Shown here: piece by piece, positions 37,353 through 50,207 of the stretch | How the letters are laid out: every line of letters begins with the position of its first letter | How positions within the stretch are numbered: position 1 is the stretch's first letter | The notes under the pieces: generated by a model | The model's database searches: none | What the model was told of the DNA's origin: nothing | What the model saw: only the letters and a program-made list of their open reading frames with translations | Translations under genes and position numbers: made by a program | Source: an uncultured Terriglobus sp. | GTDB taxonomy: Bacteria > Acidobacteriota > Terriglobia > Terriglobales > Acidobacteriaceae | Assembly (NCBI GenBank): GCA_964242065.1 | Contig: CAXTBQ010000002.1 | Location: 22,697 to 86,696 of the forward strand | Length of the DNA stretch: 64,000 bases | Reading direction: 5' to 3'

Positions 37353-38714
37353 ATGGCTGTTGTGGGCATCAGCTTCGGATCGGCCACAGGTGGCACAGGG
37401 TTCGATGTATCGACAGCCGTTTCGAGCATCATGGCCAACATGCGCCTGCCCGAGACCGCCTGGGCGACTAGAAATACCGTGTTACAGGCGCAGGACGCGG
37501 CACTCAGCTCTCTCGGATCGAACCTCTCGTCTTTCTCTTCCGCGCTCAGTTCACTTACAGCTTTCGACGGTGTCTTCGCGCAGAAAGAAGGCGCGACCAG
37601 TAACCCGTCGGCCGTTGAACTTACGGGCGCCACAAGCGATGCGGCTGCCGGTGTGCACACGCTCACCGTGCAGCAGCTTGCAACTACGAGCGCCCAGCAT
37701 TCCTCGGCTGTAGCAGCCGGTTTGGCGCTGAACGGAACCTTCACGTTCCAGGTGGGGGGCGAAGCAGAACACTCGATCACACTTACTGCATTGAACAACT
37801 CGGTAGCGGGACTCGCGGCGGCCATCAACAACCTGGACTCGGGCATCACCGCTTCTGTGGTCAGTGACAGTGCGGGTTCGCACCTGTCACTCGTAAGCAG
37901 CAGCAGCGGTGCCGCGCATGAAATCACTTCTGACAGCAGCGCGCTTGTTGATGGCGACGGAAGAGCGGTTAGCTTCACAGAAACACAGGCCGGCTCTGAT
38001 GCTGCGTTCACTTTGGACGGCATCGCTCTTACCAGCGCATCGAACACCGTCTCCGGCGCACTTACCGGCGTCACATTCCAGTTGTTGAGTGCAGTCAGCA
38101 GTGGCGTCACTCTGCAGATTGCAAACAGTACCTCCAACATCTCGAGCGCTCTGTCGAGCTTTGTTTCCGCGTACAACAATCTCTCGTCGGCTCTGTCCGT
38201 GCAGGAAAGCAAGGATGCGTCCGGGGATGCGGAGCCGCTGTACGGCGATCAGACACTCTCGCTCATGCAAGCCCAGATCTCAACCGCTCTGGCCTTCGTC
38301 ACTGGAAACACCGGCCGCACCAGCAACCTTGCGCAACTGGGCATCAGCGTCAGCACCAGCGGACAGCTTCAATTGGACAATCAGGCTTTTTCGCAAGCTC
38401 TCTCGAGCAACTTCGCGGGCGTCACCAACTTCTTCCAGAATGCGGGTGATTTCGGACAGAACCTCACTACGGCAATCGATCAGCTAGGTACCTCCGGGAA
38501 CGGAGCGCTGGCGTTGCGCTCGAGCCAGAACAGTGCAGAAGAGCAGACGCTCGCAGACAACAAGACCAATCTCGAAGCAAGGCTGACGGTGTATCAGGCA
38601 AGCCTCACAAGCAAGCTGAACACGGCCAACGCAATTCTCCAGGCCATCCCACAACAACTGGAAGAAACGAAACAAATCTACGCCGCAATCACGGGCTACA
38701 GCAGCAGCAGGTAG
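37353..38714 (+). CDS. fliD: Flagellar filament cap protein
   Basis: LTVQQLA, AAAIN...ITASVV, SNTVSGALTGVTFQL, FVSAYN, LAQLGI; lies between fliC and fliS. Confidence 0.92.
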   Translation: MAVVGISFGSATGGTGFDVSTAVSSIMANMRLPETAWATRNTVLQAQDAALSSLGSNLSSFSSALSSLTAFDGVFAQKEGATSNPSAVELTGATSDAAAGVHTLTVQQLATTSAQHSSAVAAGLALNGTFTFQVGGEAEHSITLTALNNSVAGLAAAINNLDSGITASVVSDSAGSHLSLVSSSSGAAHEITSDSSALVDGDGRAVSFTETQAGSDAAFTLDGIALTSASNTVSGALTGVTFQLLSAVSSGVTLQIANSTSNISSALSSFVSAYNNLSSALSVQESKDASGDAEPLYGDQTLSLMQAQISTALAFVTGNTGRTSNLAQLGISVSTSGQLQLDNQAFSQALSSNFAGVTNFFQNAGDFGQNLTTAIDQLGTSGNGALALRSSQNSAEEQTLADNKTNLEARLTVYQASLTSKLNTANAILQAIPQQLEETKQIYAAITGYSSSR

Positions 38715-38735
38715 AGGGCTGCGGAGGTATTTAGG

Positions 38736-39206
38736 ATGACTTATCAGGAGCAGGCACTTGCAGGCGCCACCGGTGTTGACCTTATCGTTTCACTCTACGA
38801 TGGCTGGATTCGCTTTCTCTACCGTGCTGTGGCCGCTACGGAAGCAGACGATGCCGTTGAGCGGCGGTATGCTGTGAAGCGTTCGCTCGACATCCTTATG
38901 TATCTGGAGGCGCGCCTGCGTCCTGACATTGGCGGGTCACCGGCCTTGGCCCTTTCAGACTTCTATGCGGCCATGTTCACGATGACCCTGGAAGCTTCTG
39001 CGGCAGCATCCAGTAGAGATTTACTGGAGGTCATTGCCTGCGTCCGCAACGTGAAGGATGCCTGGGTGCTGGTAGCACGGGACCCCGAAGCCAACCGCGT
39101 TCTACCGCGCGAACTGCGCACCCGGTTAGAACAGACGAACTCTACTACTGACATTCCGAAACTGAAATATACTCCTTCGCCGGCGTCCATGCAGTGGACA
39201 GCCTGA
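38736..39206 (+). CDS. fliS: Flagellin export chaperone
   Basis: YQEQALAGATGVDLIVSLYDG, LSDFY, VKDAW. Confidence 0.88.
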   Translation: MTYQEQALAGATGVDLIVSLYDGWIRFLYRAVAATEADDAVERRYAVKRSLDILMYLEARLRPDIGGSPALALSDFYAAMFTMTLEASAAASSRDLLEVIACVRNVKDAWVLVARDPEANRVLPRELRTRLEQTNSTTDIPKLKYTPSPASMQWTA

Positions 39207-39400
39207 CCCTTGTGTATTGACAGGGTGAAAAGACCCGCGGCACTCAAGGAGAGTCCGGCTGCATGTATGCCTAGGGAATGACCTAGGTTCTTTGGAATGA
39301 ACAGATAGAGAAATCTCCAGGTAACTCTCGAGCGCCGGAATGCGTCTATAGTTCGTGGACATGGGAATGCTGCATCCAAGGCTCTCCTGCGGAGGTTCCA

Positions 39401-39808
39401 TTGAGCAAAATGCTTAGTTCCTGGAAAGAGATAGCTCACTTCTTTGGCAAAGGTGTCCGTACCGTCCAGAGATGGGAGAAGACACTCGATCTACCAATTC
39501 ACCGTCCGGCCGGTGCGCCCAGCAATGTGGTGCTTGCTCGAACAAGCGATCTTGAAGAGTGGATGCACAGAGGCCCGGTTGCTCGGGCAGTCGCTCAGGA
39601 GGAGGCTGTCAGCACTCCTGCTGGCGCGTTGAACTCGTACATCGATGCTCTTGAAGGTGAGATCCTTGAACTCGCCGGGGCCACGGGCAATCGTGGACCG
39701 GTAAGCGCCGCCAGCGGAAGCGCTGAAGAGCGGCTTTCGCACATGACCAACTTGATTTCTCAAATCCGGCACTCTGTTCCACCCATTCAGACAGTACGCG
39801 CTGCGTGA
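39401..39808 (+). CDS. Small protein with an N-terminal MerR/excisionase-like HTH (SWKEIA...VRTVQRWE type)
   Basis: LSSWKEIAHFFGKGVRTVQRWEKTLDLPIHR...DLEEW; GGAGG before TTG. Confidence 0.75.
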   Translation: MSKMLSSWKEIAHFFGKGVRTVQRWEKTLDLPIHRPAGAPSNVVLARTSDLEEWMHRGPVARAVAQEEAVSTPAGALNSYIDALEGEILELAGATGNRGPVSAASGSAEERLSHMTNLISQIRHSVPPIQTVRAA

Positions 39809-39828
39809 GGAGAACAAAGCTTGCAAGT

Positions 39829-39857
39829 ACCCTGCCCGAGCGGCAGGGTTTTTGTTT
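39829..39857 (+). terminator. Intrinsic terminator
   Basis: accctgcc-cgagc-ggcagggt-ttttgttt. Confidence 0.78.
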
Positions 39858-39914
39858 GCGGTGGAACTAGGATGAGAGCAGGCGCCGCGAGCGTCTTTGA
39901 GAGGCACTGAAACA

Positions 39915-41507
39915 ATGGCGTACCGAAACCTGCGTGAGTGGATCGCGAAGCTGGATAGCGTCGGCGAACTGAAGCGCATTCGTATGGAAGTAGACCTTGA
40001 ACTTGAAATGGCGGAGATCGCCGATAGGACGGCGAAGATATCGCTCGGCAGTGCTGCTGCGGGCGGACCGGCGTTGCTGTTCGAGAAGGTGAAGGGGCAT
40101 CCGGGCGCGCGCGTGCTCATGAATCAGTTCGGCAGTGAACGCCGCATGCAGCTGGCGTTAGAGGTTGATTCGCTCGATCGCATTGCCGGTCGCATCGAGA
40201 CACTGCTGAAGCCACAGATGCCCTCTGGCCTGATCGACAAGCTGAAATTGCTGCCCATGCTGGCTGAGATTGGTTCGTACTTTCCCAAGGTGATCGAAAA
40301 GCGGCAGGCACCGTGCAAGGAAGTGGTGCACACCGGCCGCGACATCAAGCTGTCTGAAATCCCGGTGCTGAAGACGTGGCCGGGCGACGCAGGCAAATTC
40401 ATCACGCTGCCGCTTGTAGTCACGCGCGATCCGAAGAGCGGCAAACGCAATGTTGGCATGTACCGCATGCAGGTATACGACGATCGCACGACAGGGATGC
40501 ATTGGCAGCGACAGAAGAACGCAGCGGAACACTTGCGCGATCGGCTGCGCGCTTCTTCGGCGACGGCTGCGGAGCGTGTGAACCTGATGGCGATCACAGG
40601 TGGTGGAACGGGCGCTGCAGGGCAGGAAGCGAGCAGTCTTCCGGGCGTAGCGCTCTCACGCATACGGGGTGAGCGCATGGAGGTGGCGGTTGCCATCGGC
40701 ACGGATCCGGCGATGACCTTTTCCGCGGTCGTGCCGGCACCGCCAGAGATTGAGGAGTACCTGATCGCTGGATTCCTGCGGCAGGCACCTGTGGAACTGG
40801 TTAAATGCGAGACCAACTCGTTGGAGGTGCCCGCCCATGCTGAGTACATTCTCGAGGGCTACGTTGAGATCGGTGAGCTTCGTATGGAAGGCCCGTTCGG
40901 CGATCACACCGGGTTCTACACCATGGCGGAAGAGTACCCCGTCTTCCATCTGACCGCGATCACGCACCGCAAGAACCCAATCTATTCCGCAACAGTGGTA
41001 GGAAAGCCGCCCATGGAAGACGCATGGCTTGCGAAGTCAATCGAGCGCATCTTCCTGCCGCTTATGCGCCTGACCCTGCCTGAAATCGTGGACATCAACC
41101 TGCCGCCGGAGGGCGTCGCCCACAACCTGATGCTGGTATCCATCCGCAAGAGCTACGCCGGGCATGCCCGCAAAGTGATGAACGGCATTTGGGCCTTGGG
41201 GCAGGCCATGTTCACCAAGTGCATTGTGGTGGTGGACGAAGATTGCGACGTGCAGAACGTGGGTGAAGTGGTCCTGCGCGTGTCAAACAACATCGATCCG
41301 GAGCGCGACATTCAGTTCACGTTTGGTCCAGTGGATTCTCTGGATCATGCTTCCCGCCTACCAAACTTTGGCTCGAAGATGGGCATTGACGCAACGCGGA
41401 AGTGGCCTGCGGAAGGCTTCACGCGTCCCTGGCCGGAAATGCTCACCATGCCAGTCGAGGTAAAAGCCAGGGTGGACACAATGTGGTCGAAGTTGGGGAT
41501 TGGCTAG
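39915..41507 (+). CDS. ubiD: UbiD-family prenyl-FMN decarboxylase (menaquinone-pathway type)
   Basis: GPALLFE, NVGMYRMQ, EGPFGDHTGFY, GKPPMED, LDHAS, GSKMGIDAT. Confidence 0.9.
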   Translation: MAYRNLREWIAKLDSVGELKRIRMEVDLELEMAEIADRTAKISLGSAAAGGPALLFEKVKGHPGARVLMNQFGSERRMQLALEVDSLDRIAGRIETLLKPQMPSGLIDKLKLLPMLAEIGSYFPKVIEKRQAPCKEVVHTGRDIKLSEIPVLKTWPGDAGKFITLPLVVTRDPKSGKRNVGMYRMQVYDDRTTGMHWQRQKNAAEHLRDRLRASSATAAERVNLMAITGGGTGAAGQEASSLPGVALSRIRGERMEVAVAIGTDPAMTFSAVVPAPPEIEEYLIAGFLRQAPVELVKCETNSLEVPAHAEYILEGYVEIGELRMEGPFGDHTGFYTMAEEYPVFHLTAITHRKNPIYSATVVGKPPMEDAWLAKSIERIFLPLMRLTLPEIVDINLPPEGVAHNLMLVSIRKSYAGHARKVMNGIWALGQAMFTKCIVVVDEDCDVQNVGEVVLRVSNNIDPERDIQFTFGPVDSLDHASRLPNFGSKMGIDATRKWPAEGFTRPWPEMLTMPVEVKARVDTMWSKLGIG

Positions 41508-42040
41508 TCGGCGCTGACAGCCTTTACGGTGAGTGACTGTAGGTTTCGTGCCCATCGTGCCGGCTTCTTGTCTTCCGTGAGGATGAGCTTGTACGCGCCG
41601 TCCGCGGCGATTGGGGCACCGTCCTGCGTGTCTGCGACGATAGCCTGGCCGCTGCGGCACTCCGGGTTTGTGTCACACGCGGTGAGCACGACGTGGAAGT
41701 TGTCCGTCGCGCCGGCGACCACTACCTGCATATTCGGAGACACACTCTTGCCGGAGCCAGCCGGCGCAGGCACCATCGCCAGCAGGTCTTTGACCGGAAC
41801 ACCGCTGTAGCTCTCGTCCTTGTTGGTGTGCGCGTTGTGCACCTGGACTGCCGTGTGCGGGAGCGCCTTGAACTCGTCCGGCGAGACGGTGCGTGACGCT
41901 CCGCCCAGTCCAGTAATGGTCAACGACGTGGAGCGTGCGGCTGGAGTCCGATGAGCCGCCATGTCGCCTTGCGCATGCGCGTTGGCGTTTGGCAGGGTGA
42001 TAAGCGCGAGCAGCATAACGCAAGGCGTAAAAGGCTTCAT
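41504..42040 (-). CDS. Secreted protein resembling a molybdopterin-oxidoreductase (sulfite oxidase fold) domain
   Basis: Signal peptide; YSGVPVKDLL, ATDNF, KLILTEDKKPARWARNL. Confidence 0.6.
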   Translation of the reverse strand: MKPFTPCVMLLALITLPNANAHAQGDMAAHRTPAARSTSLTITGLGGASRTVSPDEFKALPHTAVQVHNAHTNKDESYSGVPVKDLLAMVPAPAGSGKSVSPNMQVVVAGATDNFHVVLTACDTNPECRSGQAIVADTQDGAPIAADGAYKLILTEDKKPARWARNLQSLTVKAVSAD

Positions 42041-42660
42041 CGGGGCGCTCCAAAGACGTTGCCGGTCTGGTTGTTCCGCACGCACCGTGTGTAGTTGTAG
42101 AGGAAGGTGTCCCGCATGCGCGCGTACTCTTCCAGCGTCTTGAAACGGCGCTTTGCCGGATCCGCGTTCAGGAAGTATACCGTCGCTGCAATATGCGTCT
42201 GATCGTCAATCAACTGGTAGATGCCGAGCGTGCTGCCCTGGAACTCTTTGCGGTCCAGGCCCGCAACCGCAAAGCCGCTCTGCGTGGGCTTGCGCGTGGT
42301 GTTTCGAGCCACGCCCTTGTCGGAGGCCACGATGTCGGCGAAATCATCCAGCAGAAGTTTGCGATTGGCCGCGAAGCTCTCGGCCGAGAGTTCTTCCACC
42401 TTAACGTTCACGTAGGGCGTACCCTCATAACCGAAAACGACGCGTTGTCCGGCGACGAGCGGGATTTTGCCAGACTTCCCGTGAATCTGCACCGGGCGGT
42501 CATGCACATCCGCGGGCATGGGTCCGGTGTCCAACACCTGCAATCCATCAGGAAAGGAACACGATTCGTAGGCGCGGATTTCAGGTCGTTGCTGCGCCAT
42601 CGCAACAGCCGGGAGCAATGCACATGCCAGCAAAACACCGACAGAAGTGGGGCGGTTCAT
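42037..42660 (-). CDS. Secreted hypothetical protein
   Basis: Signal peptide ending AMA; two Cys near the termini; ATGA overlap with the next gene. Confidence 0.7.
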   Translation of the reverse strand: MNRPTSVGVLLACALLPAVAMAQQRPEIRAYESCSFPDGLQVLDTGPMPADVHDRPVQIHGKSGKIPLVAGQRVVFGYEGTPYVNVKVEELSAESFAANRKLLLDDFADIVASDKGVARNTTRKPTQSGFAVAGLDRKEFQGSTLGIYQLIDDQTHIAATVYFLNADPAKRRFKTLEEYARMRDTFLYNYTRCVRNNQTGNVFGAPR

Positions 42661-42699
42661 GCCTGAACGGTACGCGAACAGCGTCGTATACTCAAGGGT

Positions 42700-43203
42700 A
42701 TGTCAGTCGTCAAAAACATCACCGGCATTGCCAAAGGTATGAGCATTACCTTCAAGGAGATGCTGCAGCCGTCCGAGGTAGAGAACTACCCGGATGGGCC
42801 GGGGCCGATGCGTGGTGCCATCTTTCAGGACCGCTTTCGCGGTAAGCACCAGTTGCAGCGTGATGAGAACGGCCTGGAGAAGTGCGTCGCCTGTTTTCTT
42901 TGTGCGGCAGCCTGCCCATCCAACTGCATCTACATTGAGGCTGCAGAGAACACGGAAGAACAGCGCATCTCGTCAGCTGAGCGTTATGCCAAGGTTTACA
43001 ACATCGACTACAACCGGTGCATTTTTTGCGGCTACTGCGTGGAAGCGTGCCCGACGGACGCGATCACCCATGGCCACGGCTTTGAACTTGCGAGCCTGAA
43101 CGCGACCAATCTGGTGATGCGCAAAGAAGATCTTTTGGTTGAAAAGTCCACTGTTCCAACCATGCCACACTCAGCGCAGGACCGGGTTGACGTGCTTTCT
43201 TAG
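42700..43203 (+). CDS. nuoI: NADH-quinone oxidoreductase subunit I
   Basis: RFRGKH, EKCVACFLCAAACP, RCIFCGYCVEACP. Confidence 0.93.
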   Translation: MSVVKNITGIAKGMSITFKEMLQPSEVENYPDGPGPMRGAIFQDRFRGKHQLQRDENGLEKCVACFLCAAACPSNCIYIEAAENTEEQRISSAERYAKVYNIDYNRCIFCGYCVEACPTDAITHGHGFELASLNATNLVMRKEDLLVEKSTVPTMPHSAQDRVDVLS

Positions 43204-43257
43204 CACTGTGCGTGATCCCAGCAACTCGCCACTTACTCGAGGTAGCTTTAGGTATGA

Positions 43258-45365
43258 ATGAGCTCATCTGATTTGTTGGAAAGCCCTGCTACCCCAACCG
43301 CCGGGGCCGCGTTCGATCGTCGCAATCCATTGTTTGAAGCAAGCTCGCTGTCGTGGAATGCTCCGCCGTTTGACAAGATTGTGGATGCTCACTACATGCC
43401 CGCCTTCCTGGCCGGTATGGCAGCGCAGCTTGAAGAAGTCGACACCATCGCGAACAACCCGGCTCCCGCTACATTTGCGAACACCCTGATCGAGCTGGAA
43501 AAAAGCGGAGCACTGCTCAACCGCGTAGCGAACGCGTTCTTCGCCGTGGCCGGTGCGCACACCAACGATACTCTGCAGCAGTTGCAGCAGGATGTCGCGC
43601 CCCTGCTTTCTGCGCACGGTGACTCAATCCATCTGAACGGGCTTCTGTTTGAACGGGTACAGCAGGTGTACCTGCAGCGTGACACGCTCGAGCTCGATGC
43701 TGAGTCACGCAGGCTGCTTGAACTGACTTACGACGGCTTCGTCAAGTCCGGTGCGCTGCTGCCCGACAACGAGAAGCAGCAACTCAGCGCGCTGAACATG
43801 GAGCAGGCCACACTGCAGGCGAAGTTCCAGAACTCGATCCTGGCAGCCATGAAGCAAGGCGGGCTGAACGTTCTTACACGACAAGAACTGGACGGCCTGA
43901 CCGACGAAGAAATCCAGGCAGCTTCTGTCGCAGCCAGCAGCCGCGGCATGCAGGGCTTCTACTTGTCGCTGCAGAACACGACGCAGCAGCCTGCACTGGC
44001 GTCTTTGCGCCGCCGTGATACGCGCCGTGCACTTTGGCAGGCCTCACTTCAGCGGGCAGAGCGCGGCAATGATCACGACACGCGCGAACTGGTTGCGCGC
44101 ATCGCGCAACTGCGGTCGCAACGGGCAGCGATGCTGGGCTTCACGAACTACGCATCCTGGAAGCTCTCAGACCAGATGGCGCGCGACCCCAAGGCTGTTA
44201 CGGCATTTCTCGATAAGCTGATGCCCGCCGCACTTGCCGGGGTGGACAGGGAAGCGGCCGCCATGCAGCGCCTGCTGGACGAGGAAGGTGATGGCTCAAA
44301 ATTGGAGCCCTCAGACTGGGCCTTCTACACGGAGCGTGTTCGCCAGCGCGAGTTTGCCCTGAGCGAAGACGAGGTCAAGGCATACTTCGAGCTCAACCGC
44401 GTGTTTGAGGATGGCGTGCTATTCGCGTCCACGGAGCTCTACGGAATCACGTTTGCCAGGCGGCAAGACTTGCCTGTGTGGCACCCGGACGTGGTTGTGT
44501 ACGAGGTGCAGAACGAGGACGGCTCACACCTGGCGCTGCTGTACTGCGATTTCTTCCGCAGAGACACCAAGCGCGGTGGCGCATGGATGACTTCGCTGGT
44601 GCAGCAATCCAGGCTGCTCGGCATGGCGCCCATCGTTTGCAATATCTGCAACTACACAAAGCCTGCGGAAGGATCGCCCGCACTGCTCGACTCGGATGAA
44701 GTGCAGACGCTCTTCCACGAGTTTGGGCACGCACTCCATGGGCTGTTTTCGCAGGCTACGTATCCCAGCCTTTCGGGTACGCACGTGCCCCGAGACTTCG
44801 TCGAGTTCCCATCGCAGTTCAATGAGCACTGGGCCAGCTACCCTGCAGTGTTCGAGAACTATGCCCGGCACTGGAAGACGGGTGAGGTGATGCCAGCAGA
44901 TCTCCAGCAAAAGCTGCGCGCGACGAAGAACTTCAACGGCGGCCACGCGCTGACTGAGGTCTTGGCAGCCGCGGAACTCGATATGCAATGGCATACGCTT
45001 CCAGCGGATGCAGCCGTTGAGGATGTTGTAGCGTTCGAGCAGACCGCACTGCAACGTGCGGGTGTTGCGGTGCCGCTGGTGCCTCCGCGTTACCGTTCCA
45101 CGTACTTCTCGCACAGCATCGGCGGCGGGTACGCTGCAGGGTACTACGCCTATCTTTGGGCGGAAATGCTGGACAGCGATGCGTATGAATGGTTCAAGAG
45201 CCACGGCGGCCTGACACGTGCAAACGGCGATCGCCTTCGCGAGTTCGTGCTGTCTCGCGGGAACACGGGGGATCCAGCAGAACTGTATCGCGAGTGGGCC
45301 GGACGCGATCCCGGGATCGGACCCATGCTGCAGCAGCGTGGCATTCCGGACTCTGCTGTTATTGC

Positions 45366-45369
<4 letters not shown>
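43258..45369 (+). CDS. dcp: M3-family peptidyl-dipeptidase Dcp
   Basis: [48 protein letters not shown]. Confidence 0.92.
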
Positions 45370-48112
<2,743 letters not shown>

Positions 48113-48116
<4 letters not shown>

Positions 48117-49207
48117 GCTGCGGCCCAATCCAGTGCACGCGGTGTCTGCTGCCCCACAGCCTGCGCAATGGCGGCGATGTGTTCCGGCGTGTTGCCGCAA
48201 CAGCCGCCTGCAATGTTTATGAGGCCGCCCTTCGCGAAGTCTCCGAGGTACCGGGCCATGTCATCTGGCTCCAGGTCGAAGCCGGTAGGTGAGAGCGGAT
48301 TAGGCAGGCCAGCATTGGGATAGCACGAGATGGCTACGTTCGCCTTCTGCGAGAGCTCCGCAAGAAACGGATACATCAGATCCGGTCCAAGCGAACAGTT
48401 CAAGCCGATCGAGAGCGGCCTTACGTGCCGCATGGCATTCCAGAACGCCTCGATCGTCTGAGCCGAGATCATGGTCTCGCCACCGCGTCCAACCGCCGCT
48501 GAAATCATCACCGGAAGCTCACGGCCGGTCTCGTCGAAGACCTCGCGGATGGCCACCAGTGCTGCCTTTGCATTCAGCGAATCGAAGATGGTCTCCACCA
48601 GCAGCAGATCGCTGCCACCAGCCAGCAGCGCGCGGATTTGATGCGCGTATGCCTCTCGCACCTGGTCGAACGTGACCACGCGGAAGCCGGGGTCATCCGC
48701 ATCCGGAGAGTTCGAGAGTGAGACCGTCAGCGGTCCGATCGCACCGGCAACAAAGCGCTGCCGCCCGGTGTCTGATCCGACTTTGTCCGCCCACTCGCGG
48801 CACTGCCGGGCAGAGGTTTCGTTGATCTCCCAGGCAAGGTCATTCAGGAAGTTGTCCTCCAGGATTTCCTGGTAAAACGCGGGGTCTTTTCGTCCGCCGT
48901 GCTCGCGTGGGTCTTTTTTGAAGAACTCACTCTGCGCGATTCCCGTGGCGCTGAACGTGTTGGTTTCAACGATGTCCGCGCCAGCCTCGAAAAAGCGCCG
49001 GTGAATGTCACAAATCATGCCCGGCTGGGTCAGCGAGAACAGGTCCCCATTGTTCAGCAGGTCTTTGGGTGCGTCACGAAAACGGTCACCGCGCATGTCT
49101 GCTTCCGTCATGCCATACGTGCGGATGGTTGTGCCCATCGCTCCATCGATTACGGCGATGCGGTTCTCAAGAACTGTTTCCAGAGCATGCTTTTGTTGTG
49201 TCTTCAT
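48113..49207 (-). CDS. Homocysteine S-methyltransferase domain, the separate N-terminal part of MetH
   Basis: DGAMGT, ETNTF, ETIFD, GLNC, PNAGLP, GGCCG. Confidence 0.93.
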
Positions 49208-49218
49208 AGGTCAGGGAG

Positions 49219-49246
49219 CATAAAGCGCCATGCAACAAATTGGATG
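49219..49246. promoter_or_regulatory. Candidate 7-4-7 palindromic operator upstream of metH
   Basis: CATGCAA-caaa-TTGGATG (49229-49246) with an adjacent CATAAAG. Confidence 0.35.
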
Positions 49247-49369
49247 ATAGTGGATTTGTAACGAAGCACTTTCATGCAGCGCAGAGAGGCGCGACGCTTG
49301 GACCTCGCGCGTCTTCTGTTCGATGAGGCGCCCGCATCGTACTGATGACGGTGTTTTCAGGAGATAAGC

Positions 49370-49876
49370 ATGGCAGCCAAGAAGAGTGCGGGCAGCGCAT
49401 CTGCAAAGCCGGCGAAGAAAGCGGCCAAGAAATCAGTGGCTAAGAAAGCCGTGAAAACGGCGGCCAGGAAGCGCACTGCCACCCAGAAGTACACGGATCC
49501 GGATCTGCGCGACCGCATCAAGGCAGAGGTCACCGCGGGCGACAAAGGCGGTAACCCGGGCCAGTGGAGCGCCCGAAAGGCTCAGCTTGTGGCGCACGAA
49601 TACGAAGCTGAAGGTGGTGGCTATAAGGGTGGCCGAGACGAGGCGCAGGAAAGCTTGAAAGGTTGGGGCGACGAAAACTGGACCACCAAGGACGGCGAGC
49701 CAGCCAAGCAGGACGACGGGATGCATCGCTACCTGCCGGAGAGCGCCTGGGACAAGCTTTCGCCCGCGGAGAAAGCAGCTACGGACAAGAAGAAGCTCGA
49801 AGGCGACCACAGTGGTAAGCAATTCGTAGCCAACACGCCGGCTGCAAAGCGTGCGCGCAAGCAGGCGGCCAAGTAG
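49370..49876 (+). CDS. Basic hypothetical protein, DUF5872-like, with a histone-like Lys/Ala N-terminus
   Basis: AKKAAKKS repeats; GDKGGNPGQWSARKAQ, GGGYKG, RYLPESAW, GKQFV. Confidence 0.75.
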   Translation: MAAKKSAGSASAKPAKKAAKKSVAKKAVKTAARKRTATQKYTDPDLRDRIKAEVTAGDKGGNPGQWSARKAQLVAHEYEAEGGGYKGGRDEAQESLKGWGDENWTTKDGEPAKQDDGMHRYLPESAWDKLSPAEKAATDKKKLEGDHSGKQFVANTPAAKRARKQAAK

Positions 49877-49886
49877 ACGGATGATA

Positions 49887-49915
49887 TTGCGCTGCACCGG
49901 AGCGCATGCTAAAAC
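49887..49915 (+). promoter_or_regulatory. Candidate sigma-70 promoter for the riboswitch-led operon
   Basis: TTGCGC-N17-TAAAAC with a TG extension. Confidence 0.4.
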
Positions 49916-49951
49916 AGAGCATCAGCCTTGTAGCAGTTTGCTGCGGGGTAT

Positions 49952-50065
49952 GAGTTTCATGAAGAGTGGCTGAGGGACGAGCCCTGCGACGCCACGACAA
50001 CCGGACGAAGTCTGTACCGGTGTCACCTCTCTCCTGATTGGGTTTGATCGGGGAACATGAGATTC
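49952..50065 (+). ncRNA. SAM-I (S-box) riboswitch aptamer
   Basis: P1 gagtttcatg/catgagattc; AAGAG; P2 kink-turn gtggc-tgagggacgagccc-tgcgac-gccac; P3 gacAACc...GGTgtc; pseudoknot GAG/CTC; P4 ctcctgatt/gatcgggg. Confidence 0.85.
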
Positions 50066-50207
50066 GGGATACTGCACCACGCACGCTGTGGATTACGCTG
50101 TATGACCGTCTAATCAGACTTCCTTCTCGCGTGGCGCTTGATGCCACCGTGCCTTCAGCAGAGCGTCGCGTGCTGTTCCTGCTTCCACCACAGGAAGAAG
50201 GTATCCC

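Noticed and set aside
39207-39400. c-di-GMP riboswitch downstream of fliS
   Set aside because: No GEMM-type GGCAAAC/GAAA/GCAAAG core recognisable.
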